A DNA stretch of 64,000 nt, from the NCBI RefSeq assembly GCF_009914755.1, contig NC_060929.1; one strand, given 5' to 3'. Within the stretch, counting starts at the first letter, position 1. Each line of letters opens with the position of its first letter. The notes beneath the pieces were generated by a model that worked only from the letters and a program-made list of their open reading frames with translations, was not told where the DNA came from and ran no database searches. The translations under genes were made by a program, and so were the position numbers. Shown one piece after another: positions 49,791 to 64,000 of the stretch. Source of the stretch: the human T2T-CHM13v2.0 reference genome, Homo sapiens.

Positions 49791-50883
49791 TTGCTATAAT
49801 TCTCCAAACTCACAATTCTCAATTTTCTTGACCTATCACACACTGACAGATGATATTCAAATAGTATCCCCTGAGCATACTCAAGTTGTTGTGAAATTCC
49901 CAGAAGCAAAACTAAAATTCTACCTCTCCCTCTCTCTCCCACTAAAGAAATCATACTGTAGAGCAAGTGGATGACTAGGGGTGTAATGACAGCCAGCAGG
50001 AGTCCTGGCTGTTCTAGAGCTGAGGCTCAGATGTGTGCCTGACAGCTGGCCACCGAGTGGTCACTCCCACCTACACAGCATCTCTGCAATTCATGCTTGG
50101 GCAGTCAGCCTCTCTCTCCCCTCCAAGGAGAATGCAACATTTCAGCAACCTTCCCTCCGGCCCTGACTCTACATTCTTCTTAGATGGCACTTTATTCTTC
50201 CTGATTCCATTTCCTGATGGTCTGCACACATACCGGGATGAAAACACATCTATGTGGTTAAACTGATTCAATTAAAATCAGTAGAAACTAAGAACTTCAA
50301 GGACCTTTCACCTGGAGAACTAGATATTCCACCAAAACGATTGTATTATGAAACACCAATTGGCTTTGCAATGCATCACCCCACTGCCCTAGTTGGCAGA
50401 CTCTGAAGTCCTAGAATTGCATGAGATGATTAATGCCAGCATAAACTATATCCATGAATGAAGCAGGGATCAGTGAGACATACATTGAGACATACGTCAT
50501 CTACTGCGCACTGGTTGCAGGAGGCATCAAAGCAAGTGAGACAGAAAAAATATGTCTATTCTTTGACAGTGAAACCACTTGAATTACTAGTGCTAGGTAA
50601 GGTCTCTTGGGCAGGGTCCTCAAAGAAAACTAGAAGTTGAATTCCCTAAGAGAGTGGGTACAAAGAACTGTGATATTGTAACATCCCATTTCTAATCTAC
50701 CATGCTTTGTGGACTAAGATTCTATCTATATACTGGCAATCATATCAGTAGCAAACAACAGTTGAGAGGAACACAGAGAAAACAGCTAGAGCAGAGTTAT
50801 GTCAGATGGCCAGGCAGTGAGGGAAAGTAAATGTGAGACTGGACCAAGAACTGGTGAAACAGGCGGACATAAGGATTACTGGT

Positions 50884-51370
50884 TGTGGCAGTAACTGCTC
50901 TTTGCCTCCTAAATCCTCTCCCCACTACTTTCTTGTAAAAGAATCCTGAATATTTTAAAGCAGGATAAATTGTTATTTAGCTAAAAGATGGTATTTTCCA
51001 TCTTCCCTCTCAGTCAGCTTAGGATGTAACTAGTTTTGGCCAATGAGCTGTGTGAAGAAGTGTTGCATGCTAAGTTCAGGAAATCCTGTAAGGGAGGGGG
51101 TACATTCCTTCTCTCACCTTCCTCCATCATGCCTTGGAATGGTGATATAATGACTAGACCCAGGTAGAATTCTTGGACTGTGAGGTGGCCTTGGGAATAG
51201 AAGCCACACACAGGACACAGCAAAACCAGTGCCCGTTTCTGGCCCTGTTGCTGCCACACCAGCCCTGGATTGCTTTATCTCCAGGTTTCTTTTCTGTGAG
51301 CAAGACAGAAACTATCTTGTCTAAGATATCATTTTTCAGGGCATTGTTCTTGCAGCCAAAGCTCCAAATC
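50884..51370 (+). mobile_element. Old MaLR LTR (MLT1G/H-like)
   Basis: tgtggcag start; gatgtaactagttttggccaatgag; gttcttgcagccaaa end. Confidence 0.6.
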
Positions 51371-51636
51371 ATCACTGCTCCCCCTTCTAAGTGTTCACAA
51401 AAGACCCAGGCTCAGCTCTACTGTCTGGCTGCCCATGCTTGTCACAGGGAGAGCCAGGCCAGTTAGCTCAGGCCTCACTCTTACACAATGGGCCCCACAT
51501 GTAAGATTTTAAGCTCCTCTCCAAATGAGATTTTACACAGAGTCTTTGTGGGATTTCTGGTGTTAGAAGCATTGATTTGTCTGCCACATTTGAAATCCTG
51601 TTTTGAAATTTTAAGTATTTTTTTAATATCCCAAAG

Positions 51637-52070
51637 GTCTTAGTCTGCTTTGTGTCACTATAAATGAATACCTGAGGTTGGGTAATTTGTAAAGAAAGAG
51701 AATTATTTAAGCTCATAGTTCTGCAGGCTGTACAAGAAGCATGGTGCCAGCATCTGTTTGGCTTCTAGTGAGGGCTTTTGGGCTGTGTCAAAACACGATA
51801 GAGAAGGTCCAAGGGAAAGTGGGCATGTTCAAACCTATGGGGCGTCCTGGCTTTATAACAACCCACTCCCGAGGGAATGAATCCATTCCCCTGAGGACTG
51901 AGCCAGTCTTGAAAAAGGGAGAACTTAATAACCCTAGAAGGACACCGAGCCATTCATGAGAGATCCACAGTCATGACCCAAACACCTCCTACCAGGCCCA
52001 CCTCCCAACACTAGATCAAATTTCAACGTGAGATTTGGTGGGGACGAACAAACCATATTCAAACCATAGT
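51637..52070 (-). mobile_element. MaLR LTR (MST-like)
   Basis: gtcttagtctgctttgtgtcactataaatgaatacctgagg...atttcaacgtgagatttggtggggac...aaaccatagta. Confidence 0.85.
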
Positions 52071-52219
52071 ATTAAGACCCTCAAATAAACAGAAGCAACC
52101 CATAGCCCAAGGGAGACTCTGCTTGCTGCCATTGGTCTCCTATCAGTACTGATGCCAGAAACTGGTCTAAGACTCTTAGGGTCCCTCATTTCTCCCAACT
52201 GTCCCCAGAACAGAGTCCT

Positions 52220-53216
<997 letters not shown>

Positions 53217-53239
53217 ATTTAAAATTCTTGTTTGGCTAT

Positions 53240-55052
<1,813 letters not shown>

Positions 55053-56218
55053 TTATCTAAATATATAATTTAAAAATTTAAAAATTTGTGTTTGAGGAAA
55101 TAGATGGGAGAACGGATGACTGCGTTGCAGCTCAGTTCTATATATCTGAACAGAGGAGTAGGGGAGGTAGGCTCCATGCCTCTGGTGGAGTTCAAAGTGA
55201 ACGAGAAGATGCCACCTGAGAAGAGAGTTGGATGACAAACTCAGCCCTCACTCAGGGCCTCAGCTCCATCAGCCTTTCCTAGAGATGCTTCTTATCATAA
55301 CCCTGGGTCAAAGTCTTCTGGGGAGAGGGGGCAGTGACCAAGCTCACAGGCTGTGTTCTGCAGGACATCTCCTCCAAACAAAGATGTCTCAGAGAAACTA
55401 GAGCCCAGCTACCATCTATGAAGAAAGGCCTCGCAGTGGGATCACTGGGGACTGTGGGATGAGAACCTTCTCTGACCCTCAGGTCTAACTCATGACTTTG
55501 CAGGCAGCAATACTGTCAGCCTGATATCAGAGCTGGTGGATCAGGTGGCTATTCCTACTCTCCTGCTCAGGGAATAACATGACCCAAATGATTGTCACCC
55601 CCAATAAAGACCCCATAGAGAGAGAAGACTGTCATATCCTATGTTAGAGAAGCAAAAGGCATATCCCCAAATATCTTAGTTCCCCTTACTAACACATTTA
55701 GCTCTGTTATGAATTTATCTACAGCTTTCTAAAAAGCCTGTATAGTTTCAATTTCTTTTCTCTTGGGATAACAAATTCCATGGTTTCATTATCCATAATG
55801 ACAAAAGGCTTGTCATTCCACTGATTTGTTCTAAATTACTCAGCATTTTTAAGTCTGGATAATGTAACCTTTTAAATTAGGTCAACTATTCCTGTCACCA
55901 TGTCCACCAGTCACAGGGTTATTGAACTTAACAAGAGTCGGTCCCCATTTGGCCTTCACAAAACAAGCTGAACCTGGGCTTAAGGATCAAATGGCATCCA
56001 TTCCTCTCCACCTTCTGGAGAACTTGGGCCTCCGGACTCATCTGGATTACCATCCTTTGAGATGAGGCTGGGGATCAGTCTCTAAGGAAATTATAGGGAA
56101 ATCATTTGGTAGCAACTTCAACAAAGCAAGATCAGTTGCTTGTGTTCTTCTCATCACCCCAACACTCCCCTAGACACCTGCCTTGTTCCCATAGCAAAAG
56201 CTAAACTCTTCATCTTCA

Positions 56219-56671
<453 letters not shown>

Positions 56672-56814
56672 TCATTGTTACATAGCTCAATTTTATCTTA
56701 AGTGAGACAGCATCTTGGAAAATTGATTTTGTTATGTCTCGGTAAAATAATCAAGACATCTTTAATCTAGCTATGTGAATTATCTTGCCCACTTTTAAAA
56801 AAAATATATATATA

Positions 56815-57065
56815 TATTTTTTACTATACTTTTAAGTTCTAGGGTGCATGTGCACAACGTGCAGGTTTGTTACATATGTATACATGTGCCATGTTGTTGT
56901 GCTGCACCCATTAACTCATCATTTACATTAGGTGTATCTCCTAATGCTGTCTGTCTCCCCTCCCCCCAAAACAGGCCCCAGTGTGTGATGTTCCCCTTCC
57001 TGTGTCCAAGTGTTCTCAATGTTCAGTTCCCACCTATGAGTGAGAACATGCGGTGTTTGTTTTTT
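56815..57065 (-). mobile_element. L1PA 3' end fragment
   Basis: tttaagttctagggtgcatgtgcacaacgtgcagg...cctatgagtgagaacatgcggtg; TSD-like cccactttt. Confidence 0.92.
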
Positions 57066-57840
57066 TGTCCCACTTTTTAAATTACTTACTTGTAGTCAAC
57101 ATAGCAATTGATACTAACACTGTATAATTATTTCATGGCTGATGTGGTCCTATAAAGGTTAATAAATTTTATAAATTTTATATTCCATGACTTCTATTTA
57201 TTATTTTTTCATTAGTAGTAATCTCTGGACATAAGAATGTGTTCAGTCAATTTAACATTAAATTAATTTTTTTGTCCTGAGAAAGGAGAAATGTCAGTGC
57301 CAAAGGCACACAATAAAAACACAGAAATCACATAAATTCCCCCTTTCAAGGGCAAAACTACTGCATATGGCCCTTGGACACATTAACTTGCCCACATAAA
57401 AAATGAACTAGTGTGAAATTGTTGCTTGTCAACATTAGGGAGTACATTTTACATCAAGAAACTCATAAAGAATAGATGATAGCTTACTTAGCTCCCCTAA
57501 CCACCACCATTTTTGTTCTAGCTGGTGCTAAAAGCTCCCAATATTTGGAAATAGTTTTTTCCCCTTCTCTTTTGGGGGTATTTTTGATTGCTAACAATAG
57601 TTTGTTGGGCTTAAATGAATCAAATCTATTTGTTTTTATCCTGAATTGCCCACAAATCAATTATGTATTCCTGACTAAAGGGAACTCTGATACTGACTCC
57701 ATTGTTCCAGCTAATGTCACATATTAATCAGGAAGGCTGGCCCTTTAATTTCCCTGTATATTACAAACATAATATATTCACAATAGCCTGTGCCAAAATC
57801 ACTCATGATAAATCTACCTGTCTTGTCTACAAAAGGTCTC

Positions 57841-58362
57841 CCAAAGGATTATAAATCATGCTGCTATAAAGACACATGCACACGTATGTTTATTGTGGCA
57901 CTATTCACAATAGCAAAGACTTGGAACCAACCCAAATGTCCAACAACGATAGACTGGATTAAGAAAATGTGGCACATATACACCATGGAATACTATGCAG
58001 CCATAAAAAATGAAGAGTTCATGTCCTTTGTAGGGACATGGATGAAACTGGAAACCATCATTCTCAGTAAACTATCGCAAGGACAAAAAACCAAACACTG
58101 CATGTTCTCACTCATAGGTGGGAAGTGAACAATGAGAACACATGGACACAGGAAGGGGAATATCACACTTCGGGGACTGTTGTGGGGTGGGGGGAGGGGG
58201 GAGGGGGGAGGGATAGCATTAGGAGATATACCTAATGCTAAATGACGAGTTAATGGGTGCAGCACACCAACATGGCACATGTATACATATGTAACAAACC
58301 TGCACGTTGTGCACATGTACCCTAAAACTTAAAGTATAATAATAATAAAAAAAATAAAAAAA
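57841..58362 (+). mobile_element. L1PA 3' end (5' truncated)
   Basis: PKDYKSCCYKDTCTRMFI...; G-rich 3'UTR, poly-A; TSD aaaaggtctc. Confidence 0.95.
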
Positions 58363-59181
58363 AGGTCTCACAGACTTTCCATATCCCCTGCATGACCGAA
58401 GTTCAAATTCAATCCATCATATTATAGGCCAAAACCCCAAAGAAAATCACACCCAATGGACTGTTAAACCAGGTTAGGTTTGTATTATTTAGCTCAACAA
58501 CATTGAATCAGATTTAAGTAAAGTGCAGCCTTGAAAGTATTTTAATAGATTTTGGCTTGTTGTTGCTGATGTGTGTGTATACATATATACACAGACACAC
58601 ATAGACACACACACATACACATATAAAACAGTGTGTTAAAATAAGTATAAATTATTTCATATGAATGCAGGAAAATCATAATTGTGTTGGTAAATTGGTC
58701 ATTTTGCAAAGTATGTGAATTCAGACTGTTACAGGAAGGTATTAACATATTATAAGTTAGCAGAGTAATGGTTAACTACGTTTTTGTAAATGTGTTTTTA
58801 AAGGCTTGTCATAAAATTCTGAAGGAATCCTACTCACTGAATTCATTTTCCTCGACGTTAACTTCAAATAGTGCTACTAATATCCATGTAGAAATTAAGA
58901 GTGTGGAGCGGGTAACCAAATCGAGAATGGTAAGATTCCACACTCCCGAATAACTGATACCATCAGTCCTTTACACCCGTATTCTCAGCCCAGGAAACTC
59001 ACAAATTACACTGAGGAGTTGTAAATAAATAATTAGAAGTGATGTAGATTTGAAAACTAGCTTGATGATTTCAAATATGATACTAGAGAAGGTAACCTAT
59101 TATATTAGTTTTCTTTAAAAACTAAAAAAAAGTGGACATTGGAAGGAAAACTTAGTCTTATAATCATTAATTATAATGATA

Positions 59182-59508
<327 letters not shown>

Positions 59509-61091
59509 TCAAGTGTCACTGTGGTTCTATTATTCTGGAAAAAATGACTGTCATTTCTCATTTAAAACAGAATACATACATAGTAATAAGCTAAAGCAGA
59601 TTGGAGAAATTCTTTTGAACACCTGGATCTTAGGCAAATCATTCTTTTTGCTAAACGTGTGTAATCCTCAGGAGTCTTGGATTTCAGCACAACCAGTACT
59701 GCAATGCTCTGCACACCTTGTGCATTTGTGTTTGTAATTCTAGCACTGTGTTAGAATGGGCTGACACTGTCACAGCGGGGGACATCGCTGGCTAAGCCTT
59801 ATTTCATTCTGAGAATCTGCCTCTTGAGATCTCACATTTTTACTTGTCAGAAACAAATGTAATAGGGAAAATTATGCCAATGGACTTTTGAAAACTAAAT
59901 GCAATAGTCATACATGAGATACGTGTGTCTAGAGTGTGCGCATGTGATACAGTGGATTCTGGGCACCGAGGAAATGGTTGCACTTACTCTGTTTCACTAA
60001 CGGCGATTTCCAGACGTATGTTCTGAAGTGTTTAAGAAGCAATTTAGAACTCCAGAGAGCATGCATTAGGACACTGGAAAATCTACAAGAAACTGGAGCA
60101 ACTTGTTTTTGAAGAATGCTTCATGTTAACATGGAGCTGTCAACTGTCTTTGTGAAAGTTGCTGTTCTGATTGCTGTATTTTTCTTCATCTTTCCCAATG
60201 AGTACAGCAGTTTTATGTCTACGTTGGCTTCTTTCTCCTATCAAGAATATCGTAGCCTTGTGAGAACTATGTTTTGTCTTCTTATGGTTCTTTAGTGTAC
60301 CAATATAAATGCAAATAAATTTTCCACTGACATAGGAAGTCTTTTGTACTTATCAAGTAATGTAGATCTACAATCTACTTTCATGTGATTCAGAGGATAT
60401 AAGTTTTGACACACCACAACAAAATTTCATCCAATTAATTCATCAAATCCTATTTTTAAATATGCTGAGTTCAGCAGATATAATTCATATTAAGGCATTT
60501 ACCCTTCACTGCGTATTACTTTTAATTCCATCTAGATATCACTAAATATTCTGTTGTTATGAAATAAACACAGAAACATCTGCTAGTACTCCTGAAGTCA
60601 CACTTAAACTCTATGCTTGCTAATTTTTTTGATCCTTGAGTGGTCTGAATATGGAGCACCAAATCAAGCCCTGGACCCCTGGACAACTGGCTCTGCACAC
60701 TCCAGTTTTTCAGATCTGCTGGAGGTCAAATAATCTAGACATTAAATCAGATGGTGACCACGGAACAGATAGTAGGCTTTTACATCATTTCAACACATAC
60801 AATCAAGGTCAGAAATAGAAAAACACATGCAGACATCTGTATCTTTTATTCTTTAGTAAGAATTGAATGGTGTGCAGATTCTGTATTACCTGAATCACAA
60901 GGTCCTTTATGTTTCATGCCACTACTAGAGTTCGTCTGAGAGTTTACCTCCTTCAACTGGCAGACATCCTCATAGTTTTTTTCCTGTTTCACACAGATGC
61001 ATTGTGGCTCCGTGATTCTCCATCTGTGAGCATCTCTGCATCCAGGAACAAGTCAGGTTGTTCACACACTGATCATAGAAATGGCTGTTTC

Positions 61092-61388
61092 GGCTGGACG
61101 CAGTCGTTCACACCTGTAATCCTAGCACTTTGGGAGGCTGAGGCGGGCAGATCACTTGAGGTCGGAGTTCGAGACCAGCATGGCCAACATGGTGAAACTC
61201 TGTCTCTACTAAAAATAAAAAAACTAGCCAGGCCTGGTGGTGGGCACCTGCAACCCCAGCTACCTGGCAGGAGAATCACTTGAACTGAAGGTGGAGGTTG
61301 CAGTGAGCTGAGATCACACCACTGCACTCCATCCAGCCTGGGCGACAGTGCAAGACTCCATCTCAAAAAAAAAAAAAAAAAAAAAAAC
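61092..61388 (+). mobile_element. Alu
   Basis: Full dimer. Confidence 0.93.
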
Positions 61389-62271
61389 CAATTTCTGTAT
61401 TTCTGCCCCTATTCCACCGTTCCAAGTAGAGCTGCATCGATCCAACACAGTCCTGGAAAGGGAGCATGCAGGCTGGGAGCAGAGTTCTACATCACATTTT
61501 CCACAGCTATCATCTCCCCAGAATAACCTCAGCCAGCAGTCATGACACAAAGTGGGGAGACCCTGCAAACCATGCAAAGGTTGTAGAAGGACTGCAAACA
61601 CCACTATGCTCACCAGAGGCTTCATTCCAAGCCATTCATTCATACCAGCTTTGAATCTTTGGTTTTAAGCCAAAAGAAAAAAAGTCCCCATTTTTTCATC
61701 TTGTTTTTCCCTCTTTCCCCTCCAGAAAAATTATAAATCTGCCACAGACGATTTCAAGGCAATGCTGACATCAGATTCCAAGTTTAGAGAGGATAAATGG
61801 GATATTTAAAAATCCACAAATGCTCTTCTGGGATGCAATTTTTTAAAAGACAACGTTAGGGTTTAAAACAAACTATAATCTTGACAGTGGAATTGTAGTT
61901 TTTGCCTCTTGATTGGTTCTGGAAGCCAAACCCTGAGAGAGTTATTATATGAGAATAAAATTGTTTTACAGTGAAGTCCAAGAAATTTTAATAAAGAAAA
62001 ATTATGTAAAGCATAAAGTTTATTATCATGTATGATTTAAAAAGTGTTAGGGAGCTATTTTCCATTTTTTTTTTACCTCCTTCCCTCTCTGCCTGCTTCC
62101 TTCCTTTTCTTCTTAATCATAAGACTAACATGTCCAATACATTTAGACTACTATTTTATGAAATATTAGAAAGTATCTATGGCCCAACCTAACTGGCTTC
62201 TGTTTATCTGGGGCTCAAGTGAGGTTCTGGGCATCATTTAACACACCATGACTCTAAAATAACTACTAAGC

Positions 62272-62560
<289 letters not shown>

Positions 62561-64000
62561 TTAAATTTTTGTTAATATAAAATAACTATTAAGCAATAAT
62601 AAAGGATAGGACTTCTTGTTAAACACATGGTCAAAGAGTTCTCACATGTATTATGGTTTTCTCCTCAAACTCCACTAAAATGATACTGAAGGAATTTGAA
62701 AAACACAAACTAATAAAGGCAGAGAGAACAGGAGAGGGCTCCACAGCAAATGGGGGAACTCAACACAATGTTTGGAAGCTGGATAACAAATGAATAGGTG
62801 GTAACTGATTTAGTACAGCAGAGACAGGGCAGACCTAGAGATCCATCGTGGGGGAAGACGACAAGAGGCCAGCCACGTTGCACTACAGAACTTCAGAATG
62901 TCAAGACTTGAAAGCAATATGAACCCCTGAAGGCAGGGTTGTGGACTGGGCCTGAAAACGGGATGTTTTGAAAATTGCTATATAGAAAAATAAGATTCCT
63001 TTGAAGGTAGCTCATTCAAGAGAAGAAGAAAAAGAAAAAAGGCAAGGAGTTTAATTTCTTGTAAGGTTTGCTCAGTTGTGGCCAGGGATAAGATGCTGGA
63101 CCAGGAGATTAAGGGGAAGTAATGGACTGAACAGGGAAACCTCAGGCCATTTCCCTAGGGGCTCCCAGAATGCTGGCAGCCAGGCCTGTATCTTTCAAGT
63201 GAGAAACCGGGAGATCCTTCTATGGGGAAACTGACCTATCTGGGAGATGTTACCTTCAGATAGTGCACATGTTACTTGGCTAAACGTAATTTTTAAATTA
63301 AAAGCAATAGTAACAAAACACAATCAGACAATCACTTACGGCTTTGTTTGAATCTTGGCTTGCCTATCACTAACTTGTGACCTTGGGTAATTTCACCATC
63401 TTGATCTTAAAATTTCCTTAAAATTGAAAAACCTTTCACCGAGTTGTAATGAGGATGAAATCAGATACATATGTAGAAGCTCCCAGGGGATACAGAGGCA
63501 TTCAACAAAGAGCAGGGTTTTTTGTTTTTTTTTTAGTTCATAGTGATCATTAACTATAGTAAAAGTAAGTCCTCTTAGAATAATTAACCTACTCTGGCAC
63601 AGTAACCTTTAGCTGATTATTACTCTGGGCAGAATATTATATTGGCTTCCTTTAGACTCTTGCTAAGTGGGTTGTGTGCCTGAGAAATGGTGATTGAAAC
63701 TAGACATATAGATTTCTGTCTCCTTATGATAGATGAGGTAAAATAACAGTGGAAAAAGAGGGGAGCTCGAAGAAGAGGAGGAAAGAGAATTGATTTTGGT
63801 TTCCTTCAAAGGGCTGGTGTCATTTTTCTTAGATTTGTCATCATGTCTTGTTTGATCACTTGAAACCTAGGTGTCAAACACCACTGCACGTTTCACAAGA
63901 GCGGCGGGTTTTATAGAGGAATTGGAAAGGTCCGCAGATAAAGAGGAAAGGAAGCAATGGGGTTAGACTCCAGGTGCTATCCTGGAGAAGGACAGGTACC

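Noticed and set aside
63663-63866. 67-codon minus-strand open frame after an AG (VSSDQTRHDDKSKK...)
   Set aside because: Weak polypyrimidine tract, low-complexity Ser run and no recognisable homology; length compatible with chance.

Overview
This is mammalian (human-like) genomic DNA, very rich in Alu, L1 and LTR repeats, and it matches the ZNF354A locus (recognised from the protein; chr5q35.3 in human). Two minus-strand genes are supported. (1) ZNF354A/KID-1, a KRAB zinc-finger gene: a non-coding exon 1 in a CpG island near 40.6-40.7 kb and four coding exons (39035-39067, 37029-37155, 35406-35501, 22091-23652) that join into 1818 nt, i.e. 605 aa with 13 C2H2 fingers. (2) A 4-exon Myb/SANT-like gene consistent with MSANTD5 (7617-7622, 6128-6212, 5318-5629, 4740-4978; 213 aa). 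Its first intron is GC-AG, and its putative promoter lies in a decayed MaLR LTR carrying a DUX-type motif, with several TAATCC motifs nearby. The rest is mostly transposable elements: about 40 Alus including a young AluYa5, L1, L2, L3 and MIR fragments, LTR12- and LTR14-type solo LTRs, MaLRs, a Tigger and an hAT fossil. Most short ORFs in the track are Alu/L1 artefacts. I see no wholly new multi-gene system. The best leads are the LTR-driven MSANTD5-like gene and a 162-bp inverted duplication with a perfectly identical 108-bp core flanking 1.09 kb (candidate recurrent inversion or gene conversion). Repeat family names were assigned by eye from remembered consensus features, and repeat boundaries are approximate.
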